In this document: one piece after another, positions 7,546-16,737 of the stretch
Position numbering within the stretch: position 1 is the first letter of the stretch
How the letters are laid out: each line of letters begins with the position of its first letter
From: Candidatus Saganbacteria bacterium
GTDB taxonomy: Bacteria > Margulisbacteria > WOR-1 > JAKLHX01
Length of the DNA stretch: 32,000 nt
Assembly: GCA_026387835.1 (NCBI GenBank)
Contig: JAPLKZ010000013.1
Span: 133,874 to 165,873, forward strand
Reading direction: 5' to 3'
Notes under the pieces: generated by a model
What the model saw: only the letters and a program-made list of their open reading frames with translations
Told to the model about the DNA's origin: nothing
Database searches by the model: none
Position numbers and translations under genes: made by a program

Positions 7546-9600
7546 ATGGCAAAGACCAACTTTTTACTTGAGATAGGAGTGGAGGAAGTGCCGGCAAGGT
7601 TCCTTGACGGGGTGCTTCAAAGCCTCTGCGAAAACGTAAAAAAGGCGCTCGAAGAACGCCGCGTCGGCTTTGACGCGATACAAGTTTGCGGGACGATGAA
7701 AAGGCTGGTGCTTTTTGTCGAAGGCATTTTGGAAAAACAGCAGGACATGATGTCCGAAGTTAAAGGCCCGCCCAAGAAGATCGCGTTCAACCCGGACGGC
7801 ACAGCCACAAAAGCCGCTTTGGGATTTGCCGCTTCGCAGGACCTAAAACCAAAAGACCTTATTGTCAGGCAGACAAATGAAGGAGAGTATGTTTATGCCG
7901 TCAGGAACGAAAAAGGCATCAGCACTAAGAAAGTGCTTACAGACGTTATCCCGAAGGCAATACTCTCCATCCACCTGCCGATATCGATGAAATGGCAGGA
8001 CGGCGACATTTCTTTCATAAGGCCCATACATTATATTATGGCGTTCCTGGGCAAAGACCCGGTGAGATTTTCGGTAGGAAAAATATCCGCGTCAGACAAG
8101 ACTTTGGGACACAGGTTTTTGTCGGACTCTGTGATGCACGCCTATAATGGCGGCGCCGATCTGCAAAAATTCGAAGAATTTCTTGAAAAACTCGGGGTCA
8201 TGCTGGACCGGGAAAAAAGAAAAAGCCGGATAATCAAGGGCATAAAAAACCACGAGGAACGGACCAAGGAAAAAATATTCGCGGATGAAGACCTGATAAA
8301 TGAAGTCTCAAATATCGTCGAATATCCGCAGGTGCTTGAAGGCAAGTTCGACAGGCAGTTCATAATGGTCCTGCCGCAGGACGTGATCTATACGGTCGTG
8401 AAGAATCAGCAAAAATGCTTCCCTGCGCAGCAGAGCGGGTCCTTTTTGATCGTTGCCGACGGCGTGAAAGAGAAAGAGATAATATCAGGTTACGAGCAGG
8501 TCGTGAACGCGAGGCTGCACGATGCCAAATTCTTTTATGACGAGGACGTGAAGATACCGCTCGACAAGAACATCGAGAAGATGAAGAAGATCGTCTACCA
8601 CGAAAAGATAGGGAGCATGTGGGACAAGACACGTAGGATCGTAAAACTATCCTGCTGGCTTGCGGCTCAGCTCACCGATAACAAGGAGACGATCGCCCAG
8701 GTAGAGAGGGCCGCGGAGCTTTCAAAAGCCGACCTTGCAACGCATATGGTCGGCGAGTTCTCCAGCCTTGCCGGTGCGATGGGCAGGGAATACAGTCTTG
8801 TTGCCGGTGAGGATATTCGGATAAGCCGCGCGATATATGAACATTATCTTCCCAGGTTCGCGGGCGATGCGGTCCCTACGGAGGTCCAGGGAGCGGTAAT
8901 AGGGATAGCCGACCGGATGGATTCGATCGCATCCTGTTTCGCGGCGGATATTATCCCGACCGGGTCGGTAGACCCGTACGGGTTGAGAAGGGCGGCATCA
9001 GGCATCGTCTCCATAATGATGAAAAAAAACATCGGGATACCGCTTTCAAAGCTGGCCGAAAAAAGCATGGAGATCCTGAATATATCGGATGCCGGCAAAA
9101 AAGGCAGGATCATTGATTTCATAAAACAAAGGTTAAAAGTCGTGCTTGAAGGGGAAGGTGTCAGATATGATGTCTGTGATAGTGTCCTTGCGATCTCGGA
9201 CGATCTCATCCCCGCGTACTGCAAGGCGTTCGAAATAATGAAAGCACTTGAAGATGCCTGGTTAAAGGCAGTGATCCTTGCTGCGGACAGGATAAACAGG
9301 ATCGTCGGGGACGCCAAGACTTCAAATATCGATACCGAAGCATTCACGCAGAGTGAGGAAAGGGAACTTTACAGGAACTATTGCCAGATAAAAGATATTG
9401 TAAAGGAACATCTTTCGGGAAAAGAATATGCCAAGGCCCTTTTTGACTATAAGGTCATGACAAGGCCGGTCGACGTGTTCTTTGAAAAAGTCCTTGTGAT
9501 GCACCAGGATGATAAGGTCAGGGCTAACCGCCTGGCGCTTTTAAACGGTGTAAAAAGTCTCTATATGATGTTCGCTGATTTTTCAAAGATCGTTATTTAA
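7546..9600 (+). CDS. glyS: Glycyl-tRNA synthetase beta subunit
   Basis: FLLEIGVEEVPARFLDGVLQ, VGKISASDKTLGHRFL, GSMWDKTRRIVKLSCWLAAQL, DLATHMVGEFSSLAGAMGREYSL, GIADRMDSIASCFAADIIPTGSVDPYGLRRAASGI. Confidence 0.97.
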   Translation: MAKTNFLLEIGVEEVPARFLDGVLQSLCENVKKALEERRVGFDAIQVCGTMKRLVLFVEGILEKQQDMMSEVKGPPKKIAFNPDGTATKAALGFAASQDLKPKDLIVRQTNEGEYVYAVRNEKGISTKKVLTDVIPKAILSIHLPISMKWQDGDISFIRPIHYIMAFLGKDPVRFSVGKISASDKTLGHRFLSDSVMHAYNGGADLQKFEEFLEKLGVMLDREKRKSRIIKGIKNHEERTKEKIFADEDLINEVSNIVEYPQVLEGKFDRQFIMVLPQDVIYTVVKNQQKCFPAQQSGSFLIVADGVKEKEIISGYEQVVNARLHDAKFFYDEDVKIPLDKNIEKMKKIVYHEKIGSMWDKTRRIVKLSCWLAAQLTDNKETIAQVERAAELSKADLATHMVGEFSSLAGAMGREYSLVAGEDIRISRAIYEHYLPRFAGDAVPTEVQGAVIGIADRMDSIASCFAADIIPTGSVDPYGLRRAASGIVSIMMKKNIGIPLSKLAEKSMEILNISDAGKKGRIIDFIKQRLKVVLEGEGVRYDVCDSVLAISDDLIPAYCKAFEIMKALEDAWLKAVILAADRINRIVGDAKTSNIDTEAFTQSEERELYRNYCQIKDIVKEHLSGKEYAKALFDYKVMTRPVDVFFEKVLVMHQDDKVRANRLALLNGVKSLYMMFADFSKIVI

Positions 9601-9615
9601 ATTGGGAGAACAAAA

Positions 9616-10881
9616 GTGAAGATGAAAAACCTGCTTATACCGACACTGCGGGAAGATCCTTCCGAAGCCGAGGTGATAAGCCACCGCCTGATGCTGAGGG
9701 CCGGTTATATCAGAAAGCTTGCGGCAGGCATCTATTCATACCTTCCCCTGATGAACAGGGTGCTAAAAAAGATAGAAAAGATCATCAGGCGCGAAATGGA
9801 CGCGGCCGGAGCTCAGGAGCTGCTTTTGCCGGCGGTCCAGCCGGCGGAGCTCTGGCAGGAAACGGGAAGATGGGATATCTACGGCAAAGAACTTATGAGG
9901 ATAAAGGACCGCCACGAGCGGGACTTCTGCCTGGGCCCGACGCATGAAGAAGTCATCACCGACCTTGTAAGGAACAACATCTCTTCTTACAAACAGCTTC
10001 CCGTCATGCTCTACCAGATACAGACCAAATTCCGCGACGAGATAAGGCCGAGGTTCGGGCTCATGCGAGGGAGAGAGTTCATAATGAAGGACTGCTACAG
10101 CTTTGACAGGGACCAGAAAGGGCTGGATGAGAGCTACAAAAAGATGAACAAAGCGTACTGCAACATATTTGACCGCTGCGGCCTGCGTTACCGTGTCGTT
10201 GAGGCGGATCCCGGAGCTATCGGAGGAGGATTTTCCCAGGAATTCATGGTGCTTGCAAATACCGGAGAGGACGAGATCGTTTATTGCAGCGACTGTTCTT
10301 TTGCGGTCTCCAAGGCTTTGTCAAATATCGAATCAGACAATTCCTGCCCAAGATGTTCAAAAGGCGTGCTTAAGATAGAAAGAGGCATCGAGGTCGGGCA
10401 CATATTCCAGCTCGGCACAAAATATTCCGAAAAAATGCAGGCGCTCTATCTTGACGAGGACGGCCTCCGCAAGCCCTATATTATGGGATGCTACGGCATA
10501 GGCGTGGGAAGGACCGCCGCGGCAGCCATAGAACAAAACCATGACGATAACGGCATCATATGGCCGGTACAGATAGCTCCGTTCCATGTCGCTGTGATCC
10601 CGGTAAACACTTCTGACCCGAAACAGATCGAAGCAGCGGAAAAGATCTACGGCGTCCTGATAGCAATGGGCATCGAAGCTCTGCTTGATGACAGGGATGA
10701 AAGGGCGGGGGTCAAGTTTAAGGACATGGACCTGATCGGGATACCGGTCAAGGTGATCATCGGCAAGGCTCTTTCGGACGGGAATGTGGAAATAGTTCTG
10801 AGAGCAGGCGGAAAAAAAGAAATAGTCGCACTGGAGACCGCAGCGGAAGCGGTCAAAAAGGCAGTATCATGTCAGTCCTGA
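9616..10881 (+). CDS. proS: Prolyl-tRNA synthetase, short form lacking the INS editing domain (GTG start)
   Basis: [32 protein letters not shown]; [15 protein letters not shown]; [12 protein letters not shown]; CSDCSF...[31 protein letters not shown]; [18 protein letters not shown]; 421 aa only. Confidence 0.95.
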   Translation: MKMKNLLIPTLREDPSEAEVISHRLMLRAGYIRKLAAGIYSYLPLMNRVLKKIEKIIRREMDAAGAQELLLPAVQPAELWQETGRWDIYGKELMRIKDRHERDFCLGPTHEEVITDLVRNNISSYKQLPVMLYQIQTKFRDEIRPRFGLMRGREFIMKDCYSFDRDQKGLDESYKKMNKAYCNIFDRCGLRYRVVEADPGAIGGGFSQEFMVLANTGEDEIVYCSDCSFAVSKALSNIESDNSCPRCSKGVLKIERGIEVGHIFQLGTKYSEKMQALYLDEDGLRKPYIMGCYGIGVGRTAAAAIEQNHDDNGIIWPVQIAPFHVAVIPVNTSDPKQIEAAEKIYGVLIAMGIEALLDDRDERAGVKFKDMDLIGIPVKVIIGKALSDGNVEIVLRAGGKKEIVALETAAEAVKKAVSCQS

Positions 10882-11777
10882 TAGCGGGCACAGTAGCCCT
10901 TGACGACCTTAAGACCCCGTTCGGCGAAAGGAAGAACGTGCTCGGAGGCTCGGCGGTGCATGCAAGCGTTTCCGCCGGTTTTTTTTCACCGGTAAAGCTC
11001 CTCAGCATAGTAGGAAGGGATTTCCCGAAAAGACATCTGGACTTTTTAAGTTCAAGGCGCATAGACCTGAAAGGCCTTAAGATCTCGAAAGGAAAGACTT
11101 TCCACTGGGAAGGGTTCTATGAATATGACATGAACCAGGCCCATTCGGTCAGGACGGACCTTAATGTGTTGACGCTGTTCGATCACAAGCTCCCCCGGGG
11201 ATATGAAAAATGCGAATATGTGTTCCTTGCCAATATCGATCCGGAAATACAGCTCAGGATAATATCACAATTAAAAAAGCCGAAGCTCATCGTCGCGGAC
11301 ACGATGAATTACTGGATATCGAACAAACGCAGAGCGCTTGAAAAAGTGATAAAAAAAGTAGATATCATGCTTTTAAACGATATGGAAGCAAGGCAGCTGA
11401 CGGGTAGTCCCAACCTGATACGCGCCGCCTCGGACGTGCTTAAAGCCGGGGCAAAGTATGTTATAATAAAAAAAGGAGAGCACGGAGCCCTTCTTTTTTC
11501 AAAAAAATCACATTTTTCGGCACCATCATACCCGCAGGAAAAATTGACGGACCCGACAGGAGCAGGCGACAGTTTCGCGGGCGGCTTCATAGGTTATCTT
11601 GCAAAGAGCGGGGATCTGAGCGGCAGGAATATGAGGAAAGCCGTGATAGTGGGAACGGTAATGGCGTCCTTTAACGTCGAGGATTTTTCGCTCGACGCTT
11701 TAAGGAGATTAAAATACAGAGATATCATCGGAAGATTCAAAAAAATAAAGAAATATTCGCATTTTGACGGAATTTAA
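10869..11777 (+). CDS. PfkB-family carbohydrate/nucleoside kinase
   Basis: [15 protein letters not shown]-terminal substrate region; [20 protein letters not shown] = PfkB signature 2 (DTxGAGD-like). Confidence 0.88.
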   Translation: MSVLIAGTVALDDLKTPFGERKNVLGGSAVHASVSAGFFSPVKLLSIVGRDFPKRHLDFLSSRRIDLKGLKISKGKTFHWEGFYEYDMNQAHSVRTDLNVLTLFDHKLPRGYEKCEYVFLANIDPEIQLRIISQLKKPKLIVADTMNYWISNKRRALEKVIKKVDIMLLNDMEARQLTGSPNLIRAASDVLKAGAKYVIIKKGEHGALLFSKKSHFSAPSYPQEKLTDPTGAGDSFAGGFIGYLAKSGDLSGRNMRKAVIVGTVMASFNVEDFSLDALRRLKYRDIIGRFKKIKKYSHFDGI

Positions 11778-11819
11778 TAGAACTGTTCTGCAAAGCATTA
11801 AACCGAAAGGAGCCTAAAA

Positions 11820-12518
11820 GTGTTCAAAAGATTTGAGTCCGCGGCGAAGATCCTTTTTCAGTCAGGGTTAAATGATTCTCACAGCGGCAACATCAGCTCA
11901 AAGGAAAGCGACGGCATATTCATCACATCAAGGTTCGCGATACCGGCGCTTTTAAAAGAGCAGGATATTATCCTGGTCGACAGCGAAAAAAGCGGCGATA
12001 ACGATGCTTTAGCTTCGCGGGATCTTCCTATACACAGGGCGATCTATCAAAGCTCTACGGCTAAAGCGGTAATACACGCGCATCTGCCGAGCGCATTGGC
12101 GCTGTCAATAACCGAGAACAAGATACTGCCGCAGGATACGAAAGGCCAGGCACTATTTCCCCAGGGGCTTTCAATACTTAAACCAAGGCAGGGCGCGGAA
12201 AAAGAAGAGCTGATCAGGATGATAATTCCCGTTCTTGGTCCGGTCCCGGGAGCCGTGGTGATAAAAGGATACGGGGTATTTGCTTACGGCAATTCGATCG
12301 AAGAAGCTCTTGAGATAATCACAGCTCTTGAGATGTCGTCCAAAGTCTGGCTTTCCACAAAACTGATACCGCAAAAAATAAGCCAGGGCCAAAGCATGGG
12401 CCATAACCAGGGACAGCGCACGTTCGAACACCGCAAAAGGACCGCTATTCCTCCGGGCATCGGAGTTATGGACCGCAGGAGCGGGATAAGCAGCTACCGC
12501 CGAGACAAGAACAGATAA
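11820..12518 (+). CDS. Class II aldolase/adducin family protein (GTG start), active site altered
   Basis: LNDSHSGNISSKESDGIFIT, AVIHAHLPSALALS, GAVVIKGYGVFAYGNSIEEALEIITALEMSSKV. Confidence 0.78.
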   Translation: MFKRFESAAKILFQSGLNDSHSGNISSKESDGIFITSRFAIPALLKEQDIILVDSEKSGDNDALASRDLPIHRAIYQSSTAKAVIHAHLPSALALSITENKILPQDTKGQALFPQGLSILKPRQGAEKEELIRMIIPVLGPVPGAVVIKGYGVFAYGNSIEEALEIITALEMSSKVWLSTKLIPQKISQGQSMGHNQGQRTFEHRKRTAIPPGIGVMDRRSGISSYRRDKNR

Positions 12519-12523
12519 AGCCC

Positions 12524-14689
12524 ATGCAGGACATCACGGAACTTTTAGAAAAAATAAAGTTTTACGCTCCTTCCGCTGATCTTGCGCTTGTCCAGAAAGC
12601 CGCGGATTTTTCCTCGAAAGTTCACGAGGGGCAAAAACGCCTTTCGGGAGACCCTTATATTTCGCATCCCATTGCCGTGGCAAAGATACTTGCCGAGCTG
12701 GAGCAGGACTCTACCACGATCGCAGCGGCCCTCCTTCACGATACCATTGAAGACGCTTCCGTAGACGAGAAGACCCTCACAAGAGAGTTCGGCGGCACAA
12801 TCACAAAACTGGTCGCGGGAATTACAAAACTGCGGCAGCTTACGTTCGAGTCAAGGGAACAGCGGCAGGCGGAAAATTTCAGGAAGATGTTCTTCGCGAT
12901 GGCAGAGGATATCCGAATAATAATCATCAAGCTTGCCGACCGGCTGCACAATATGAAGACCCTCGATTTTTTATCCGGCGACAGACAGCTCGACATTGCG
13001 GCTGAGACAAGAGAGATCTATGCTCCGCTTGCGCACAGGCTCGGCATGTGGCGCCTTAAGTGGGAGCTTGAAGACCTTTCATTTTATTATCTTGAACGGG
13101 ATAAATATGACAGCATCAAGAACCTGGTCAACCAGAAGAGGGAAGAGCGGGAAAAGTTCGTGAACGAGTTCATCGCTCAGGTGACCCAGGCGGTATTAAA
13201 AGTGGAGATCAACGCTTCGATAGCGGGAAGGTCAAAACATTTTTACAGCATATACAACAAGATCGTGCAGAAGAACGTCGAGTTCGACGACATATACGAT
13301 CTCATCGCGATACGCGTCATAGTAGATTCCGTTAAGGATTGTTACGCGGTGCTTGGCGTCATCCATTCTATATGGAAACCTATCCCCGGCAGGTTCCGTG
13401 ATTTTATTGCGATCCCTAAATCCAACGGCTACCAGTCGCTGCACACTACGGTGATGGGTTCCTTCGGAAAACCAGTGGAGATACAGATCAGGACAAAAGA
13501 GATGCATAAAGTGGCAGAATACGGCGTTGCGGCGCACTGGCGGTATAAAGAAGGCGCGACCGACAGTGATTTTGACGCGAAACTCGCGTGGCTTAGGCAA
13601 ATGCTCGAATACCAGAAAGAGGTGAAGGACGCAAAGGACTTTCTGGAGAACCTCAAAATAGACCTTTTCATTGACGAAGTCTTTGTATATTCGCCTAAAG
13701 GTGATGTGTATGACCTTCCTATAGACGCGACGCCGGTGGATTTCGCCTATCATGTCCACACCCAGGTCGGCCACAGGTGCGTAGGAGCTAAGGTGAACGG
13801 AAAGATCGTGCCGCTTGATCACAGGCTGAGCAACGGCGATATAGTTGAGATATTAACGAGCAATAAGGATAACCCCAAACTCAACTGGCTCAATTTTGTC
13901 AGGACCTCTGGAGGAAAGACAAAGATAAAACAGTGGTTCAAGAAGCAGAAAAGGGAAGAAAACATTGACAGGGGAAAAGCTTCTTTCGAGGAAGAGTTAA
14001 AAAGCATCGGAGTAAACGACCTCTCGGTGATCACCGACAGCATATTAAAGGATATTTATGAAAAGCATAATGCCGGAACAAAGGAAGACCTTTTTGCTCT
14101 TATCGGGAACGGCGAACTTTCCTCCGTCCAGCTTGCCAGGGAGTGCAGAAAATCGTTAGAAAAGAACAATATCATCGAAACGGCAGAAGAAGAGATCCCC
14201 AGGGTAAAAACCGCGCCGCAAAAAGAAAAAAAGACAAAGCAGGGTATAAATGTCCGCGGCATGGATAATATCCTGATACGGCTCGGGAAATGCTGTTTCC
14301 CGCTTCCGGGCGATGAAATAATCGGGTTCGTCACAAAGGGCCGCGGCATTACCGTCCACAGGCTTGACTGCAGTAACGTTGCCGAGGCAAAAGATATAAA
14401 TAATAAAGTCGTGGAGGTGGAATGGGACAAACTCAGCGAGACCGCATATCCGGTCAATATTGAGATCGAGGCTTTTGACAGGGTAGGAGTATTAAAAGAC
14501 ATATTGTCCCAGATATCCGAGACAAAGACCAATATTGAATCGGCCGAGATCAGGACAAAGCGCGGCAGCAGCGCGATACTCAACCTTGTGGTCGACGTAA
14601 GGGATACAACGCACCTTAAGATCGTGACGGATGCCATACGCAAGATCTCGGACGTGTATGATGTCCATCGTTTTGCCGCGGTAAAATAA
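12524..14689 (+). CDS. relA/spoT: (p)ppGpp synthetase/hydrolase, RelA/SpoT family
   Basis: HD motif ALLHDTIEDASV; KLADRLHNMKTL; GRFRDFIAIPKSNGYQSLHTTVMG synthetase motif; TGS domain VYSPKGDVYDLPIDATPVDFAYHVHTQVGHRC; C-terminal ACT domain. Confidence 0.97.
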   Translation: MQDITELLEKIKFYAPSADLALVQKAADFSSKVHEGQKRLSGDPYISHPIAVAKILAELEQDSTTIAAALLHDTIEDASVDEKTLTREFGGTITKLVAGITKLRQLTFESREQRQAENFRKMFFAMAEDIRIIIIKLADRLHNMKTLDFLSGDRQLDIAAETREIYAPLAHRLGMWRLKWELEDLSFYYLERDKYDSIKNLVNQKREEREKFVNEFIAQVTQAVLKVEINASIAGRSKHFYSIYNKIVQKNVEFDDIYDLIAIRVIVDSVKDCYAVLGVIHSIWKPIPGRFRDFIAIPKSNGYQSLHTTVMGSFGKPVEIQIRTKEMHKVAEYGVAAHWRYKEGATDSDFDAKLAWLRQMLEYQKEVKDAKDFLENLKIDLFIDEVFVYSPKGDVYDLPIDATPVDFAYHVHTQVGHRCVGAKVNGKIVPLDHRLSNGDIVEILTSNKDNPKLNWLNFVRTSGGKTKIKQWFKKQKREENIDRGKASFEEELKSIGVNDLSVITDSILKDIYEKHNAGTKEDLFALIGNGELSSVQLARECRKSLEKNNIIETAEEEIPRVKTAPQKEKKTKQGINVRGMDNILIRLGKCCFPLPGDEIIGFVTKGRGITVHRLDCSNVAEAKDINNKVVEVEWDKLSETAYPVNIEIEAFDRVGVLKDILSQISETKTNIESAEIRTKRGSSAILNLVVDVRDTTHLKIVTDAIRKISDVYDVHRFAAVK

Positions 14690-14726
14690 GCATTATTCCC
14701 CGCTTTTTTGATATAATCAAGATAAT

Positions 14727-15494
14727 ATGCCGTTCAATGATCTTAAGGGGGAAGACCGCGCAAAAAGGATGCTGCTTGGTGCATTCAACAGGCAGCGTAT
14801 CGCGGGCGCCTACCTTTTTTGCGGCCAGGACATCGAAAAAATAATGCTCTTTACAAAAGAGTTTGCCAAGCTGTTGAATTGCGGGCAGTCCTGCGGCGGA
14901 TGCCTGACCTGCAGGAAGATCGAGAACTCGGTCCATCCCGACTACATCGTGATAAGACCCGAAGGGAAAAAAGGCATCATAAAGATCGACCGTATCAGAG
15001 AGCTGAAAGACAGGATATCAATAGGGCCTTCCGAAGGAAAGCGGCTTGTTGCGGTCATAGAGGGAGCGGATAATATCGAAGCGGCCGCCGCCAACAGTGC
15101 TTTGAAGATACTGGAAGAGCCTCCGGAAAAAGTGGTCATCATCCTTGTCGTATCGAGGATCGAGAACCTGCCGAAAACGGTCGTTTCGAGGTGCCAGAGG
15201 ATCATATTTTCAGGTCTTCCGCAGGAAAGTCCGGAGCATGTCGATATCCCGGAAAGCAGCGAGATACCGGACCTTCTGGATTATTCGGTCTCGATATCTT
15301 CCGGTTTCGGCGAAGGGGAAAGAAAGAATGTCGAGAATAAACTGGCGGCCCTTTTGATCAAATTCAGGGAGATGAAAAAAATCAAAGAAGCAAAAGCCGT
15401 TCTGAACGCCGTCAGGGACATAAAGAGAATGGCAAACATGAGAATAACGCTTGACAACATGTCTCTTGCTTTCAGAGGAGCGTCCCATGAATAA
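14727..15494 (+). CDS. holB: DNA polymerase III delta' subunit-like clamp-loader ATPase
   Basis: AYLFCGQDIEKIMLFTKEFAKLL (degenerate P-loop), CGQSCGGCLTCRKIENSVHPDYIVI, ADNIEAAAANSALKILEEPPEKVVIILV, TVVSRCQRI. Confidence 0.85.
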   Translation: MPFNDLKGEDRAKRMLLGAFNRQRIAGAYLFCGQDIEKIMLFTKEFAKLLNCGQSCGGCLTCRKIENSVHPDYIVIRPEGKKGIIKIDRIRELKDRISIGPSEGKRLVAVIEGADNIEAAAANSALKILEEPPEKVVIILVVSRIENLPKTVVSRCQRIIFSGLPQESPEHVDIPESSEIPDLLDYSVSISSGFGEGERKNVENKLAALLIKFREMKKIKEAKAVLNAVRDIKRMANMRITLDNMSLAFRGASHE

Positions 15495-16143
15495 AGGTCT
15501 GGGAGTTAAATTCAGGAAGTTCAACAATATCTCTCCGCTCAAGGGCTACAAGCAGGAAAGCCTTAAGATCGGCGCGCCTGTGATCGTCGAGACCGATAGG
15601 GGCACCGAATACGGATGGATAGTGGTCATAAAAGGCGACAAAGGACGCCACGCCGGTACCGATATAAAATTGCGCAAGGTCCTGAGATACGCCGACGAAA
15701 AAGATACGGCCAAGGCCGACATGCTTGCTAAAAAGGAAAAAGAGCTTTTCTGCCAGGCCTGTTCCAGGATCACAACGAACCATATACCGATAAAGCTGCT
15801 TAATGCGGAAATAATGTTTGACGAAAGCAGGATGATACTTTACTATAAAATAACCGACGCGAAAAAGAACTTCCAGACAAAGGATGTTATAAAAGAACTC
15901 TCCGGGCTTTTCGGGATGAGGATCGAGATGCACATGATAAGCGCGAGGGACGAAGCGAGGATATTCTCGGGTTTCGGCATCTGCGGCCGTTCGCTATGCT
16001 GCAGCACTTTTCTTGAGGACTTTCCTCATGTGACGGTAAAGATATTGAAAGAGCAGGGAATAGCCATGAACCCGTCAAAAGTCTGCGGTATTTGCGGAAA
16101 ACTGCTTTGTTGTCTAAAATATGAATATGAAGGGAAGGAGTAA
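15487..16143 (+). CDS. PSP1 domain protein (RicT/YaaT-like)
   Basis: GVKFRKFNNISPLKGYKQESLKIGAPVIVETDRGTEYGWIV; CGRSLCCSTFLEDFPHVTVKILKEQGIAMNPSKVCGICGKLLCCLKYE; start set at the ATG overlapping the holB stop (ATGAATAA) rather than the longer listed ORF. Confidence 0.88.
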   Translation: MNKGLGVKFRKFNNISPLKGYKQESLKIGAPVIVETDRGTEYGWIVVIKGDKGRHAGTDIKLRKVLRYADEKDTAKADMLAKKEKELFCQACSRITTNHIPIKLLNAEIMFDESRMILYYKITDAKKNFQTKDVIKELSGLFGMRIEMHMISARDEARIFSGFGICGRSLCCSTFLEDFPHVTVKILKEQGIAMNPSKVCGICGKLLCCLKYEYEGKE

Positions 16144-16153
16144 GGATCCCGTC

Positions 16154-16492
16154 ATGACCGAATGTGTTTTTTGCAAAATTGCCGGAGGGAAGATAAAATC
16201 TGATATCATATATCAGGATGATGATGTCGTTGCTTTTAACGATATGGATCCCCAGGCGCCGGTTCATATTCTTTTGGTACCTAAAGAGCATATTGAAAGG
16301 ATCGAAAAGGTAAAGGATCATTCAGTAGTCCAAAAGATATTTAAGGCGGCAAATAAGATAGTCAGGGAAAAGGGCCTTGAAAAAGACGGGTTCAGGATCG
16401 TGGTAAATTCAGGGCGTCACGGGGGGCAGGCGGTATTTCACCTGCACTTCCATCTTTTAGGGGGCAGGCAGATGACCTGGCCTCCCGGATAG
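16154..16492 (+). CDS. HIT (histidine triad) family protein, HinT-like
   Basis: CVFCKIAGGKIKSDIIYQDDDVVAFNDMDPQAPVHILLVPKEHI and HLHFHLLGGRQM. Confidence 0.95.
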   Translation: MTECVFCKIAGGKIKSDIIYQDDDVVAFNDMDPQAPVHILLVPKEHIERIEKVKDHSVVQKIFKAANKIVREKGLEKDGFRIVVNSGRHGGQAVFHLHFHLLGGRQMTWPPG

Positions 16493-16502
16493 CGGGGTTT
16501 TT
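16483..16502 (+). terminator. Weak candidate intrinsic terminator between the HIT gene and rpsU
   Basis: CCCG-GATAG-CGGG hairpin (plus a T-G wobble pair) followed by a 5-T run; the loop contains the HIT stop codon. Short stem, so tentative. Confidence 0.35.
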
Positions 16503-16536
16503 AGTTTAAGATTTATTTTGAGAAGGGGGGATTAAA

Positions 16537-16737
16537 TTGGCCAAGATCGAGATAAGAAAAGAAGAATCGATCGACAAGGCTCTCAGGAAATTCAAAAGCA
16601 AGATAAGAAAAGAAGGCATACTCGAAGAGATGAAGAGAAGGGAATTCTACGAGAAACCGTCCCAAAGAAGAAGACGCGAAAAAGCCCAGGCCGTAAAGCG
16701 CGAAAGAAGAAGACAAAGAGAATCAGATCTTCAATGA
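16537..16737 (+). CDS. rpsU: Ribosomal protein bS21 (probable TTG start)
   Basis: IEIRKEESIDKALRKFKSKIRKEGILEEMKRREFYEKPSQRRRREKAQAVKR; strong AAGGGGGG upstream. Confidence 0.93.
   Translation: MAKIEIRKEESIDKALRKFKSKIRKEGILEEMKRREFYEKPSQRRRREKAQAVKRERRRQRESDLQ

Noticed and set aside
13232-13822. 196-aa minus-strand ORF inside relA/spoT
   Set aside because: Antisense to the conserved synthetase and TGS domains; considered spurious.
14705-14726. TTGATATAATCAA (perfect TATAAT) upstream of holB as a promoter
   Set aside because: No convincing -35 hexamer 16-18 bp upstream and the palindromic AT-rich context could be chance; not supported enough to list as a feature.
14727-15494. Degenerate Walker A in HolB as an unusual finding
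   Set aside because: Delta' subunits commonly have a non-functional P-loop, so this is expected.
16580-16737. Purine-rich AAG/GAA repeats in rpsU as a simple-sequence repeat element
   Set aside because: Explained by the Arg/Lys/Glu-rich coding sequence of bS21.
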